Source: Glaucostegus cemiculus (lineage: Eukaryota). From it: 64,000 nt of DNA. A program made the position numbers and the translations under genes. Position 1 is the stretch's first letter. Each line of letters begins with the position of its first letter. Where the stretch lies: assembly GCA_976551045.1 (NCBI GenBank), contig CDPCPM010000011.1, forward strand, positions 7,068,001-7,132,000, given 5' to 3'. The notes under the pieces were generated by a model that did not search any database, was not told the origin of the DNA, and saw nothing but the letters and a program-made list of their open reading frames with translations. This document shows positions 1 through 12,560 of the stretch, in pieces.

Positions 1-1277
1 TATGAGAAGCATTTAAAATAAATATCAAAGTAATACTGGCTGTTCACTTGTAAGAGGTGGATGGTTATGGATTTGTTAAATGTGAATTTTACATTGAAAG
101 ATGTATTTGGAAGCTCATTCCTCAAATCATTTTTAATTTAGTAGTTTGAATGTACTTAAGCTTAGCAGATCTATATTTCTCACAGCTTTGCTGTTAATTC
201 CCAAATTTGTTGATGCTATGGAGAGAGAATGAATCTGAAGCATTTTACTGTGACAGGAGATGACAAATTGTCCTAAATACTACTATTTGGTTGCACACCA
301 ACAAGCATGTGACATAATGGATGTGTGTGGGCTCACAAATGACCTTTGTTTCTCCTTCATTGTCTTTTGAAGAAGAGCCTTCATGTGATGAGGTGACTGA
401 GCTTGAAAATTCAGTAGTGAATATCTTTGGTGTCTTGAAGAATGTTAACAAGGATGAGGTTTTTGTACAGGCAGGATTGCAACTGAACTTTGATATTTAC
501 TAGCAGTGCACAAAACAGCATCTGAGTGTATTAGGATCTTCTGGCATTTTTTAGAGTGTTGTGGTACGTTTAAAATTTGACTTCACCCGACACAAAAATA
601 TTTATTTATTTAAATCATGAGTGCTAAACACCACATCATCAAAGTTAGCTTGAATGAGCAGTTTGATAAGGTGGATAGTGAAAGGTGAAAGAGATAAATC
701 AATCTGGCACAAAGTAACCAGACTATTGAAACAACCAAGGTAAGAGGTTGTTGCATCAGTAATACCATAGGGACTTTGTTGCTTCCCTTGTCACTAAATG
801 CACAACAATGCCATCATCATGCATTTTGTACAATGTACTGTTGCACAATGATTCCAAAGCTTAATTACTGCTTTAGCTGGTGAATTTGGGTTTTTTACAT
901 TTAAAATAAACTCATCAATCAGACTTAACTACTTAATAATATTTAGAACTCAGCATTCAAGAAAATCTTACTAAACAAGCCACGCGTGCAAGTGTCAAAT
1001 TTAATAACTCAAAGCCAAAAGATTTATTAATCATTCATTGTGTTGAGTTTATCATTGACATTCCAAGAGGGATTAAACCTCAATAAAGGGAAAGCATACA
1101 TAAAAATTTGACAGAAATTAAATTTTAATCTAAGGCTTGTGGTTGATGTTAGAATTTAAGAAAAGTAGTAATTTGATGTGTTCTCAAATATAAGTCCTCA
1201 TAATGCTTTTTTTTGATACAAACAGTTTTTTCAAGGAACAGCAGGAAAACTAATCAACCGGAAGTGTTAACTATTTT

Positions 1278-1352
1278 TCTATGGATGCTGCCTAACCTGC
1301 TAAGTATTCTCAGCATTTATTGTTTCCATCTCAGATTCCTAGCATTTACAAT
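1278..1352 (+). mobile_element. Short Penelope-derived repeat (GATGCTGCCTGACC-type tail)
   Basis: atggatgctgcctaacctgctaagtattctcagcattt matches the tail of the Penelope fragment at 19295-19345 and the copies near 33585, 47905 and 49300. Confidence 0.6.
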
Positions 1353-1759
1353 ACTTCCTTTTTGAACTCATTTGCCTTCTCAACTTTATACTTAGCCATT
1401 GATTAACCAGATGTTCTTCAGATGTTTCGGTGTTGCCGCAGTAATGATCATTTTAACATAAATTGAACAGACTCCAGCAATGGATACTGCTATGGTAAAG
1501 CTCTTGGTTATTGCACATATAAATTATTCTCTATAGAAGCCACACCCCAATCATTGATCTGTCAGAAAATTGTAATTTTTCTTTCAATTGACAAAATAAT
1601 ATGATTTGTGATGTTGCAGTGAGAATAAGGTTATCCATTACTTTCAAACGTATTGAAGATGTTTTATTAATTATTTATTATGCATGTAGCACCTTGCATT
1701 TCTTTAGAACATATATTCTCATTTTAGTTCATGATTTCAAAACATGCTACATAAAAGCA

Positions 1760-2160
1760 TAACAAAGAGGAACGAGGGTCGGCCATCCAACCTTTCGAGC
1801 CTTCTCTTCCATTCCTCAAGATCATGGCATTTCTTCTACCTCATCACCATTCTCCTGTGCTATCCTCATATCTCTTGTATCTCTAAATATCCAGCAATCT
1901 ATCAATCTCTGATTTGATTAAATTCAACAACTGAGCATCCACAGTCTTCTCAGATAGAGAATTCCAAAGATTCACTGTTCTCTACATGAAGAAATTTCTC
2001 CTCTTGTCATTCCTAAACAGCCTGTCCTTATTCTGAGACTGTGATCCCTGATTCTAGATTCAGCCATACTTCCTGCATCCAGTATCGAGCCTGGTAATAA
2101 TTTTGCAAGCTTCAATAAGATCTCCTCCCATTCTTCTGAACTCTAGAGAATACAGGCTTA
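1760..2160 (-). mobile_element. CR1 LINE 3' fragment
   Basis: ggccatccaacctttcgagccttctcttccattcctcaagatcatggc...gagaattccaaagattcac...gaagaaatttctcctc is the reverse complement of a CR1 3' UTR and ORF2 end; similar to 15354-15760. Confidence 0.8.
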
Positions 2161-5100
2161 ATACTTCCTGCTGCATTGAAGTTATAGGTCTTTCTATTAA
2201 CTGTCCTGCTGACTAACTATTAACTGCCCTTGTATTGGGCTGAGGTGTTAGGTAGGGAATTGTGTTTAATGTAGCTAAAATTTAAAGTCTGCTTATTTGA
2301 GTAAAATAAATTATAAAGGCTGCAAATATTTCAAAAATATGTTTTAGTTTTTGCAAAGATTGAAAAGTAATTTACAAAATAAGGATAAAGCTTCCCCATG
2401 GAATACAAAATACAAAATAATTTTTAAATCATCAGATTCTACAAAGTGTGGTGGGAATTCTCTGTCAAATATTAAGCATGATAGAAAACCAGAAGTGTTT
2501 AATTGCTGAAGAAAGGCAGCACAACCATTTCCTTATCCTGATCTAATATTCCACTTGCAGTTTTGCACTGTTACTTTTATGGTCCTATGATGTGGCTGTT
2601 TGTCTGGGAAAGTTGATGACCCATGTCGTATCTGTCCACAAAGTGAGTAATATATTCATGAGCTTCTCTCACCATGGTGGCATAATTTACCTGAGCTCAT
2701 ATTTGGAACTCTTCCTGGAAAGTTGATGGATATAAGGAAAGAACGTGTATTGATGTGATACCTTTGTCATTGAAAAGCCTATTAATAGTGATTGTCTAAA
2801 CTCACAGATCAGAGGTGTTCATTTGTGTGAAGCACAAGAAATATACAAGGTTTAGTTACGGACAGAAAGAAGGCTAAGAAAATTTCATTAGAATTTCAAG
2901 GAATAATTTGGAAATATTGGCTTAAAAATTCAAGTGCACTCAAATGAGTGTTAAATGGCAACTTCACTGGCCACTAACAATTCTTTATGCTGTGATTGAC
3001 CATTGCAAATTTCAATAAAGGGCATTCTACATTTTCTTAATTGAAAACGTATTGTCCAGGATTGGGACAAGAGGGCTGTAGATCTAGACCAATGATCGTG
3101 GTCTAGGTTGGTTTGACAAACAAAGTTAAGAGAGCAAGGGTGGGGAGGGGATGGGTAAGAAAGATTGAGCCAGGGAATAGTGGAAAGAGAAGGTCAAGTT
3201 AATGATCAAGCCTGTGGTATGGGGTTGGAAAGGGTGGGGTCAGCTGTGTCAACCAAGTATGTGGCTAAGGATTAGGCCCTGTGATTAGTGCTGAAGGTAA
3301 GAAAGTGACTAGTGTGGGGTTTGGAAGGTCAGGGGTGGTGACCAGATATGTGATCAAGGATTGTGGCCTAAACTAATCAGAAAGTTGGGACAGGAACAGG
3401 CAGTTCACCATGGAGGGCCTCGATTCTCAGGAGATTGAAGGATATGACCTGGGCCTTGGGATGGTGATGGTTCTGAGGTTCAATGGGAAAGATGGAATTG
3501 GAGACCATCAAGGTTTGGTGTAGTGAGGGATTGAATGTTTTGGGCCAGAGCTTTTCCAGGAAAATAGTGCAAAGGTGCATTACTCCAAGACGTGGTTTGT
3601 TGAAATGCAGCAATGCGAAACAACGCAGAAGTTGTTTTTTTTCATGTATCAATTCAATCTCCAGTTGCTTAATGCTGAAGCAAGCAACTTTGTATGACCT
3701 AATTTCAAGGCCATCATTTTCAGAATTGTCATTTCATGCTTATTTAGTAAACAAGTTCAGTCGTGCACTGAGAATCGTAAGTGTATAATTTCATTTTCAG
3801 CAGAATTACCTTTTTTCTCTGTCCTTATTATTAATTTTAAAGATCTAATGAATCCATTACTCTGACTAATTTTCTTTTACCAACAGAAATCACTGAAGCA
3901 GCAGCTAGCTTAATGAGTGTAGATGAGTTATTTAATAAGGTTTGATATTTTAATAAAAATTATCCAGAGCAACACTATTTGACTTCTGTGCCCGGTAGAG
4001 AAATGCTTTACATCCATTTTAAGAACATACATTTCTGTTGGTGCCTTAAGTAAATACAGATTTATTCTGGATTCAGAAAAGAGCCTCTCATGCGTAAAAC
4101 GTGAGAAGTCAGATCCTTTTAATTTATGCATATTTTTGCAGAATATAATCTAAGTTGATCCTTTTTGGTTGAATGTCACCTGCAAATAGTAGGGAAGAAA
4201 CTGAATCGACCTTCATAAAATAAGTAGTCTCCCGCATATTTCAATGAAACCTGTGATTGGCTAGGAGAAGCTATGCACCAGTTTGGGAAGGAAGACACTT
4301 TTAAATTGATTATGGAGATTTTGATTGCAATGCTGATTCCCGATACATTCCTGATTCTCACAGATGCCGTAAGGTTATTATTTCTGCATATGGTCTTGGT
4401 GAAAATGTAAATTTACCTTGCATTTGTTGTGGATGTGCAGTACCTAAAGAGAATGAACGATACATGTATGTTTCTAACACCAATGCAAAGGCAATAGCAG
4501 AAAAGGAAGAAGCATGTTTAGTCCAATCAGTTTGCTGTATTTATTGATCCTACCTTTTCATCATATCCCTCTAAACACATCTATCTGTGCGACTCTTCCA
4601 TCCTCCTTTTGGTTTGTTTGTCACCAACTGAGTTGCTTTGCCAAATTTGCTGTTGAATGGAGTCTGCAAACTGACAAGATATTAGGGTTGTAAGTAGTCA
4701 GAAAACTACGCCAATTTCATGCAGCAGGATTTACATACTTCTGAAAGTTGCAATTACAGTATTATGGAAGATTAAATGCTCATCACTCTGATGATTACTA
4801 ACTAGGTTTGAGCACACAAACCCATTGTTGGCTGAGTCCTAAAGGGAAAGTCTAGGATCTGTACATCTCAGGAGGAAAATTCATGCTACTTTACTGATCT
4901 GACTGTTGCAAATGTATTCAAATATATTAAATCTAGACTGATTTTTCTAATGGAAAGTATTTCTCAGCAAGTTTTCAAACTCCAATAATCTTAAACCTAA
5001 ACCCTGCATAGTTGTTTTCGGGTGTAAACGCAAGTTGACTATGAGCTATAATTCAATCTGCTGCTAATGACACTTCACACACCAATGATTTTAAGGGATC

Positions 5101-5189
5101 TTCATTGGCGCCAGTTATAGCTCCAGATTTGGTCAGTAGAAATGTTCAGACCCGTATAAGATGAGCTATCAAAAAGAAGCCTCAGGTTT

Positions 5190-5475
5190 ACAATCTAAGG
5201 GAATACTCCATTAAATAAACAAATCATAGATTTAAAAACTCTGATTATTGCTTCAAAGTATGTAAGTTTAATAAAATCAGATGGCATAATTTTAAACTGA
5301 ATTCTGAAAGTTTTTTTTTTTGATGCTCAGAGTAATAAATGTTTGGAACAATCTGTCAAATAAGGTAGTATAAACAAAAATATTGACATTCAGGATTCCG
5401 ACTGGTATCTCAGGAGAGTTTAAAGAACCAGAGGGATAAGCTTTGGTACATTGGATGAGCTTTAATCATCCCTAA
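5190..5475 (+). mobile_element. Ancient CR1-like 3' end
   Basis: cagagtaataaatgtttggaacaatctg encodes RVINVWNNL, typical of a CR1 ORF2 C-terminus; heavily decayed. Confidence 0.45.
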
Positions 5476-5490
5476 GTGCAATTTTCATAT

Positions 5491-5833
5491 TATTGGTATT
5501 GGTTTATTATTGTCACTAGTACTGAGGTACGGTGGAAAACTTGTCTTATGTACTGTTCGTACAGATCAATTCATTACACAGTGCATTGAGGTAGTACAGA
5601 GTGCATTGAGGTAGTACAGGGTAAAAACAATAACAGAATACAGAATAAAGTGTCACAACTACAGGGAAAGTGCATTGCAGGTAGACAATAAGGTGCAAGG
5701 TCAAACAAGGTGGATTATGAGGTCAAGAGTCCATCTCATCGTATAAGGGAACCGTTCAATAGCCTTATCACAGTGGGGTAGAAGCTGTCTTTGAGCCTGG
5801 TGGTATGTGCCCTCAGGCTTCTGTATCTTCTGC
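5491..5833 (-). mobile_element. Rex1/Babar LINE 3' end
   Basis: Minus strand encodes RRYRSLRAHTTRLKDSFYPTVIRLLNG (Rex1/Babar-type RT C-terminus), followed by a 3' UTR ending gtgacaataataaaccaatacca. Confidence 0.75.
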
Positions 5834-6019
5834 TATAAGGGGATTGTTCAGACCGTCAGTTTTATTCATAAAGTTATTTGCGTGCTTGATTTTAATTTCA
5901 GATTCGTGTACCATTTTATATAGAAAACTGGAAGCTCATCTTTGTGCTATGTTGTTGTGATCATTGTGAACTTCAGTTCATCATTGGACTAACATTTGAA
6001 TTTATTTGTCTCAGTTGGA

Positions 6020-6550
6020 GGGTTTCCTAAGTTCATGTTGAGGCTGCAGAAGTGCAGGAGTGCAACATGGGACTTGCTCCATCTCAAAGTGAGAAAACAC
6101 TTGATTGATGTTGGGATTAATGTGTTGTTCACTGGAGAGGAGGTGAGAAAAATTAGCCTGTACTCCTTCAAGTTTAGATGAACAAGAGGGAATCTCACTG
6201 AAACATGTAAGGGGAAATGACAGCTTTGATGCTGGGAGGCTGGTCTATCTCCCTGGAGAATCTAGATTGAGGTGAGGGAACGTAGTCACAAGATACAGAA
6301 TCACTGTCTCGGACCAAGATGAGAAATGTCTTTGCTCAGAGTACTGCATTTTCAGAATTTGTTAATCTTGAAGTTTATGGATGCTCAGTTGTGGAGGCTA
6401 CTCAAGACTTATAACATTGATTGATAACTTTAAGGATATGGGACTCAGGTGGGAAAGTGAATGACAGGACAGTTGCAAGAGGCTTGATGGTGAATGGTGG
6501 AGCAGGCTTAAGAGTTGAATAGCTCACTCCAGCTTTATTCTTCACATTCT
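6020..6550 (+). mobile_element. CR1 LINE 3' fragment, degenerate
   Basis: tactccttcaagtttagatgaacaagagggaatctcactgaaacatg...tgaatggtggagcaggcttaagagttgaatagctcactcc, a CR1 ORF2 end plus 3' UTR. Confidence 0.7.
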
Positions 6551-8819
6551 GTTCCTATAACATTCACACCAGATTTCTCATCGTTAACGTATGCAATTTT
6601 GCCACAGTGATAACAGTGAGATCCTGGGCAGTGTTTTTAATACCAATGGTGAGTACTGTCCCATTGCTGCTGGCTGCAAAATTTGCATCAATATATAACT
6701 GGACTTTGCAGTTGCAAGCCATTTAATGACACATGATTAGCTAGACTTGTCTCTACATCCTTCAACCCTGAAAAAAATTGTCCATAAAGTTGCTGAAATT
6801 GCAAGTTGAAGCTGGCACAGTAAGAGAAACAGGGCAGCTGGGACCAAGTGAATTGGCAAACACATACCTTAAACATTGTGATTTGTGGATGGTGAAATAA
6901 ACATCAGGAGGACCGTGAACAGGGTGAATTACAGAGCACAAAGGGGAAAAAAAACAAAATTGAAGTTTAAAATTTGATATTTTTAAATCTCCCTTAAAGC
7001 CTTGAGAATGAGCACCCTTGAGAATTTCAATGCCAAAGAGGTTAATTGTCTGCTGTTAATACTTAACATGTCTACAATAGGTATACTAATACTTGGAATT
7101 ACATGACTTAACTTTATACATTGCAATTAATGGAGAATTTATGGGTAAGTGTGGAAAATTGCAAGAAAGCAGAATGGCCCAAGACAAAATGGAGTTTTCA
7201 CAAAACAACTGTTGAAGCAGTGTACCTCAGACATAACATGGATATTCATACTTAACTGGGCACACGGCCTATGCATGAAGTTTCTGTACCAGAAATACAC
7301 AAATAATACTAAATGTCATTAGCTATTCCAATATCTTAATAGCAATTTCTGGACATACAGTACATTGAGTGTAGAAAGATTATTCTTCTGAGTTTGTTAT
7401 TTAAAACACTCTAGATAGAACATTGCAGGTAGTGCCCTGTTTCACCAGTCAGTACATTTTGTTCTTACATGAAGCTTAATGTGGAAAATTGTTCTGCTTT
7501 CACATGCTGCTAATTCTTCTTGACGTAAACATTCTAAAGATATCTGGTGAAGCTTTTTAAGTGTTTAAATGTCTGCTGTCAGTAAGCACTTCCAGAGTAA
7601 TCAAGAGTATATCCTTCTGTAGAAAGTTTATAGTATCTTTATATTCTGATCATATGTTTACACAGCAAGAAGTTTACAATGATGAGTGGTACATTTAAAA
7701 CACATTTGAAAAAAAATAAACAGTTTTAGAAAATGTTTTTTGTTAACTTTTAACAGAGAGCATCTGATTTGGTTGTAATGGACCATGAATTCATTATTGA
7801 GGAGACAATGGAGCTCTTATGAATGCAAAACATATGCTGTCAGCCAAAGCTGTTTGTGATACTCCAGTAATTTACCAATTATGTGTTCATGATTTTAATG
7901 ATGGAAGATGTGCATTTTTGTGTGGAGTTGCATGTTAAAGACATATAAAATAAAAGGTTTCTTTCATTTATTTTTCCGTACGTACAGCTGTTCACTTAAT
8001 GTCATTTCTGAATTTCTTTTTGTGATCAGTGTAATGTGGCTTCACTATTATGTAATGAATTATGCTGTACCACTTACCAATTTAATTTGCTGTCACCATT
8101 ACAATTGAAGATCATTTCAGTCCTGTAATGGTAGCATAGCAAATAATGAACTGAGCCACATTTGGCCCAGAGAACCATTTCAGTTATGTTGATGTAGTAA
8201 TTAGCAATTACTGATGTCTGTCTTGTGCTAACTTCCATGTACGGTCTAGTGGATAGCGCCAAACTGAAGCAAGCTTCAAGCAAATTATATTGTGAACAAT
8301 CTCTATTCCTGAATAAAGTGGGGTTATTTACCAGTGTTTTAGAAAGCTCTTCCAAAAAGTGAAGTACACCATAACATTAGTGGCAGATTTGGTATGCATT
8401 TTGCATGCTTTCTGGGTCCAAAGCTGGCTCTACGAAGTCAATTGCTGCTATTTGGCAATCCATGCCACTTAAGTCGGTATGTTAACAAGGATTTTGCAGT
8501 TGATCTGGGATCCCTCTGTGCCCCTGAAGTGCCTGTACCTTAACTAGACAAAGTAAATCAAGGCCTGAACAAGTGTTTAGGATATTCCATTACCTCTGGT
8601 TATGGAAAATATGTACTGCATACTAATTTTTACCACAATTTCCTATATTTTTTTTAGTAATACTGAATTTCACTTTTTGCATGAGGATTCTACTGCATTG
8701 ATAAATCAAATCATTTTCATCAGGAAAAGGTATGCCCAAGAAAATTGCCTGGACTTTGCTTCAGCTTGGCACCGTCCACTAGACAGTATGTGAAAGTTAG
8801 CATAAACTAATCATCATGA

Positions 8820-8960
8820 TTAATGAGTACTTCACCAAGGAATAGGACATGGATGATGGTGAGGTTAGGGAGATGTATGTTGCTATTAAGAAGGGGGAGG
8901 TATTGGATATCTTGAAAAACATTAAGGTGTATGGGTCTGCAAGGCCTGATAGGATCTATA
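8820..8960 (+). mobile_element. CR1 ORF2 internal fragment
   Basis: IKKGEVLDILKNIKVYGSARPDRIY resembles the CR1 'LKVDKSPGPDGIY' motif; homologous to 20370-20450. Confidence 0.65.
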
Positions 8961-10582
8961 TGGGATCTTGCCTTCAAAGCAGTAGTAAGTTTGCCAGTGT
9001 CAAAATGGTGAGAAAGTCAGTAGATATACATAACCCTAAAGAATAGTGTTGCTAGTATGTAAAAAGGAAGTAATGTGTGAAGCTGGCCAAAATGATATTG
9101 CAAGGAGTAACAAGAGCAATGTTACAGTTGAAGTAAATGTGTTCTGCATTGATTGTAGAAGAATGCTGCACTAGAGGGGCTCAAGGGTTGTAAGTACTGA
9201 AGAATTAAGCTGAATAAGACTAAGCAGTGTGTAACAAAGGTTGTGGGCTAGGAAGTCTAATTTAGGTGTCCATAGGAGAGCATTAAACTTTTACTTGCAC
9301 TATAACCATGTCCTGGAGGAAATGCTATTTGCAATGATCTGCCGTGACACCTCAGTCTGTTTGTGACAGGCAGCTTTTGGCTGCCTGATGCTTAAAAGAT
9401 ATCTATTGACCACCTCCACTCAAGCCTCCGTAGCAGAATCAAAATAAGAGTGAGACTCTACAACATTTTCTATACTTCCATTGTCTACAGCTGTCAGTTT
9501 TTTATACCAACAGCCAAAGACAATATCCATATTGAACCTGTATTTAAATGGAGCCAGCTTAAGCTGACAATGAATAGTATGAATGATCCTGCTGTTATTT
9601 AAATGAATAGTGGTTATGCTGTTGATGAGACACACTTCCTGGTGGTAGCAATTATTCTGCACCCGAAAATGGGTTTAAAACAGTTTTTAAGCTTATAGAC
9701 TTTGAAAATATATAAAGGATATTATATCATAAAGTCCTTTTCAGTTTGTTCTTAAAGGCCATCTCTGTGTCAGATGTCCATGGTATATCAGTAGACCAAC
9801 ATAAATGTAAAAAATACAGACCTTTTAATGCAAGTTGTACTATGAGTACAGTTATCTTTCAGCATCTAAGTCATGGTTCATAGCATTTTCATTCATTCTC
9901 TTTTTTTCTTTCTCTTGCTTTTCATACTACACCATACATTTGCACTATATGTGCTCCATCAGTGAGGTTATCTAAGGGCTGGGTGGGCATGTACAGGATT
10001 GTAGATTGAACTAGTAATAACAATGGTTGGCTGCAGGGTTTAATGGGGGTGATGCTGCAAACATTGTCAGTGGCAGGAGCAGCAAGTAGATTTTGACTGA
10101 CCAAATACAGCAGTGATCAGTTAGGGAAGGTTGGCAATTAGATACCTGTGACCATCAGTGAGTCAGAACTTTGTGATAGCTGGGGACTGCACTCATAGAT
10201 TAGATGGGGAGTTATGGTGCTGAAATCATCATTGAATGTGTGTGGGGCTCAGCTGATTGGCAATTGTCAGTCAGTGGGTATTGGCAAATCGGGTCCATTG
10301 AGGGTGATGTGTTTAGGGTCAAAAGGTTGATGGAAGACAGAGATGGTGTCAGGTAAGATTGGGAGATCCGTGGTTGGAGAAAGATGGATGGGGGGGTCAC
10401 GTTGGGAGGTTAGTGAGCGGTGAGGTGTATTGGGACATCAGTTGGTGAGGAAAGTTTTCTGGTGAAGGCTAGGTGAGGTGGGGGCTGCTTGTGTAGTTGG
10501 GGAGAGGCGTGAAGCCCAAAGGGGAGTCAGGTAGCTGAATTACTGAAAGGGAGCCTTCCAGTGTTCTACTCATTGGGCAAGT

Positions 10583-10716
10583 GGTTTATTATTGTCACAT
10601 ATACCATGATACAATGAAAAACTTTGTTTTGCATGCCTTCTAGATGATCATTCCAAAGATAAGTACATCAATGTAGTAAAGGGAAAAGCACAAACAGGAT
10701 GCAGAAAATGGTGTTA
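10583..10716 (-). mobile_element. Rex1/Babar 3' UTR fragment
   Basis: ggtttattattgtcacatataccatgatacaatgaaaaactttgttttgcatg is homologous to 5501-5560 and 19361-19420. Confidence 0.7.
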
Positions 10717-12169
10717 ACTCTACTTTCCCTCCTAGTCATGATGAAGCAGACTGCACAAATTTGATGAAAGCAAGCTTCTCCATGCATTGCCCACAGAGCA
10801 CCACCCACTCAAGCCACTGAAAATCCTCAAAGTGTCATCTGTTGCATTTAGATGCCACTTTGCACGTGTGAAGTCCTTCATGCATCATGAACAAGAAGTT
10901 CCGAGGTCCCTCAGAATGATGACTTACATGGCCCCTGACTCTCATGAATGTCTTATTTTACATAGAAGTTGAATTATGCTGTGCACAAAACCATGGTGCT
11001 GTGCAATGCAAATACTAGGCAGGGTTTAGACAGTATTTGCTTATATTAAAGCACTTTGTGGCTGCAGTTTAGATGATTAAAAAAATCACATAGCCAACTG
11101 ATGCCTGTCTTTCTTTGTGTAGTGGTTTTATTGTTCAAATTCAATCTTTTATACTTAACTTATTCCCACGAAAATTGAACTCCAGTTATAGATAAAGTTG
11201 ATTTACATTCAGTGGAAAAATCGATGGATAATCACCTTTAATGTGTGATTCTACCATTGATGCCAATATTTTTTCCAAGTATACAGCTGCAGTTGAGTTG
11301 ATAAGGGAATAGTGTCAGCAAGGACAAAGTGACTATTAAAAGACTGTTGTAGAAAACAGTTGTGAATTATCTCATTCATTATGACTGGGAGTAAATACTG
11401 AAGCAGGGAACTGTGTGAACTCTGGTAAACCAATGAGGTGTAGTTGGGGATACTTCTGTTCCTAAATGTAGTGATTTTAAATCAGAGTTGAATTGGTGGC
11501 AATTCACATATACCATTCATTTGTAAGGTTGGAGTTGTGGGGTTGCCAGGAGGGGGAGGGAGGGGGGTGGTTCCGAGTGGTGCTGGTGTTGTTTGGGCTT
11601 GGATGGGAGGGGATCTGGCACAGAAACAGGCTTTTACTCAACAAAGAAATAGCAAAGTTGAGGAAGTGTAAAGGATGTTGAACCACTATGCGGTATAATA
11701 TTGCGCAGCTCAGTGCTGTGGACTACAGGGTTTCAAATGCAGAGAGCAGTTCTGTTTGCCTGACAAGTGGTGCTGTTGACATAAGCAATTGGCATATTAG
11801 TACATTATCTGGGTAGATATCCTTTTGACAATGTGTATCCTGTTACTAAAGATGTATTTTTGCGATTACTCTGGCAGAATCTGACTGTAATGATCAAACT
11901 TGACAACAGTTCAAATGAACAAGAACAATATTGTTGGTTGTTAAACTAGTTATTTGTCTCTTCCATACTGTAGGATTGAGGGCTTGAGAAAGGGTGTGGT
12001 AATTCAAACCATGGTATTACTATGATGACTGTACTCCACAGGCAAAACTCTTTACCTTTTCATTTTATCTGCTCACTAAATTAGCTACCCATCAATGTCA
12101 GCCAAATCCGTACAGAGTGGATATTCCAGCTGCTTAATAAAATTCAGCAATGCAACCTGCCAACTGCTA

Positions 12170-12560
12170 TACCTGAACAGTGTGGAAGGGAACAAGCATA
12201 TTTTTGTACATATAAACATACATACAGTGTGTGAGCACAGATAAAATATAATTGAGTTAGTATCTCAGTCAGTTGTTTACTGCATTGGTTTCTATGGCAG
12301 GGAATAAATTCTTGGGCCACTTTAGAGGTAATAATGCAAAAACTGGAAATGAAATTGCTGTCCAGAGATATAGAAAGTTGGGTGAGTGCCACTGAGGAGA
12401 GTGAAGAAGTATGAGAGGAGTATCCAGTATTCAACAGTATCAAAAGCTGCAGAGAGCTGTAGGAGAAATAATACACCTTGGTGATAGAAACTTCATTAGT
12501 GACCTTGGTTATGCCTGCTTCGATGCTGTAGCGCACATGGAAACTGCTTTGAAAGAGGAG
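12170..12560 (-). mobile_element. L2-clade LINE RT fragment
   Basis: Minus-strand frames give QSSFHVRYSIEAGITKVTNE, LSAAFDTVE and TQLY, matching L2 RT motifs QSGFR..HSTETAL.KV.ND / LDLSAAFDT / DDTQLY. Confidence 0.7.

Noticed and set aside
5581-5620. let-7 miRNA gene or CRISPR-like repeat
   Set aside because: Identity to let-7 stops at 10 nt, there is no precursor hairpin, and there are only two adjacent units with no spacers, inside a LINE UTR
9167-9182. CTCF-like GCACTAGAGGGGCTC
   Set aside because: Single imperfect motif, expected by chance in 64 kb
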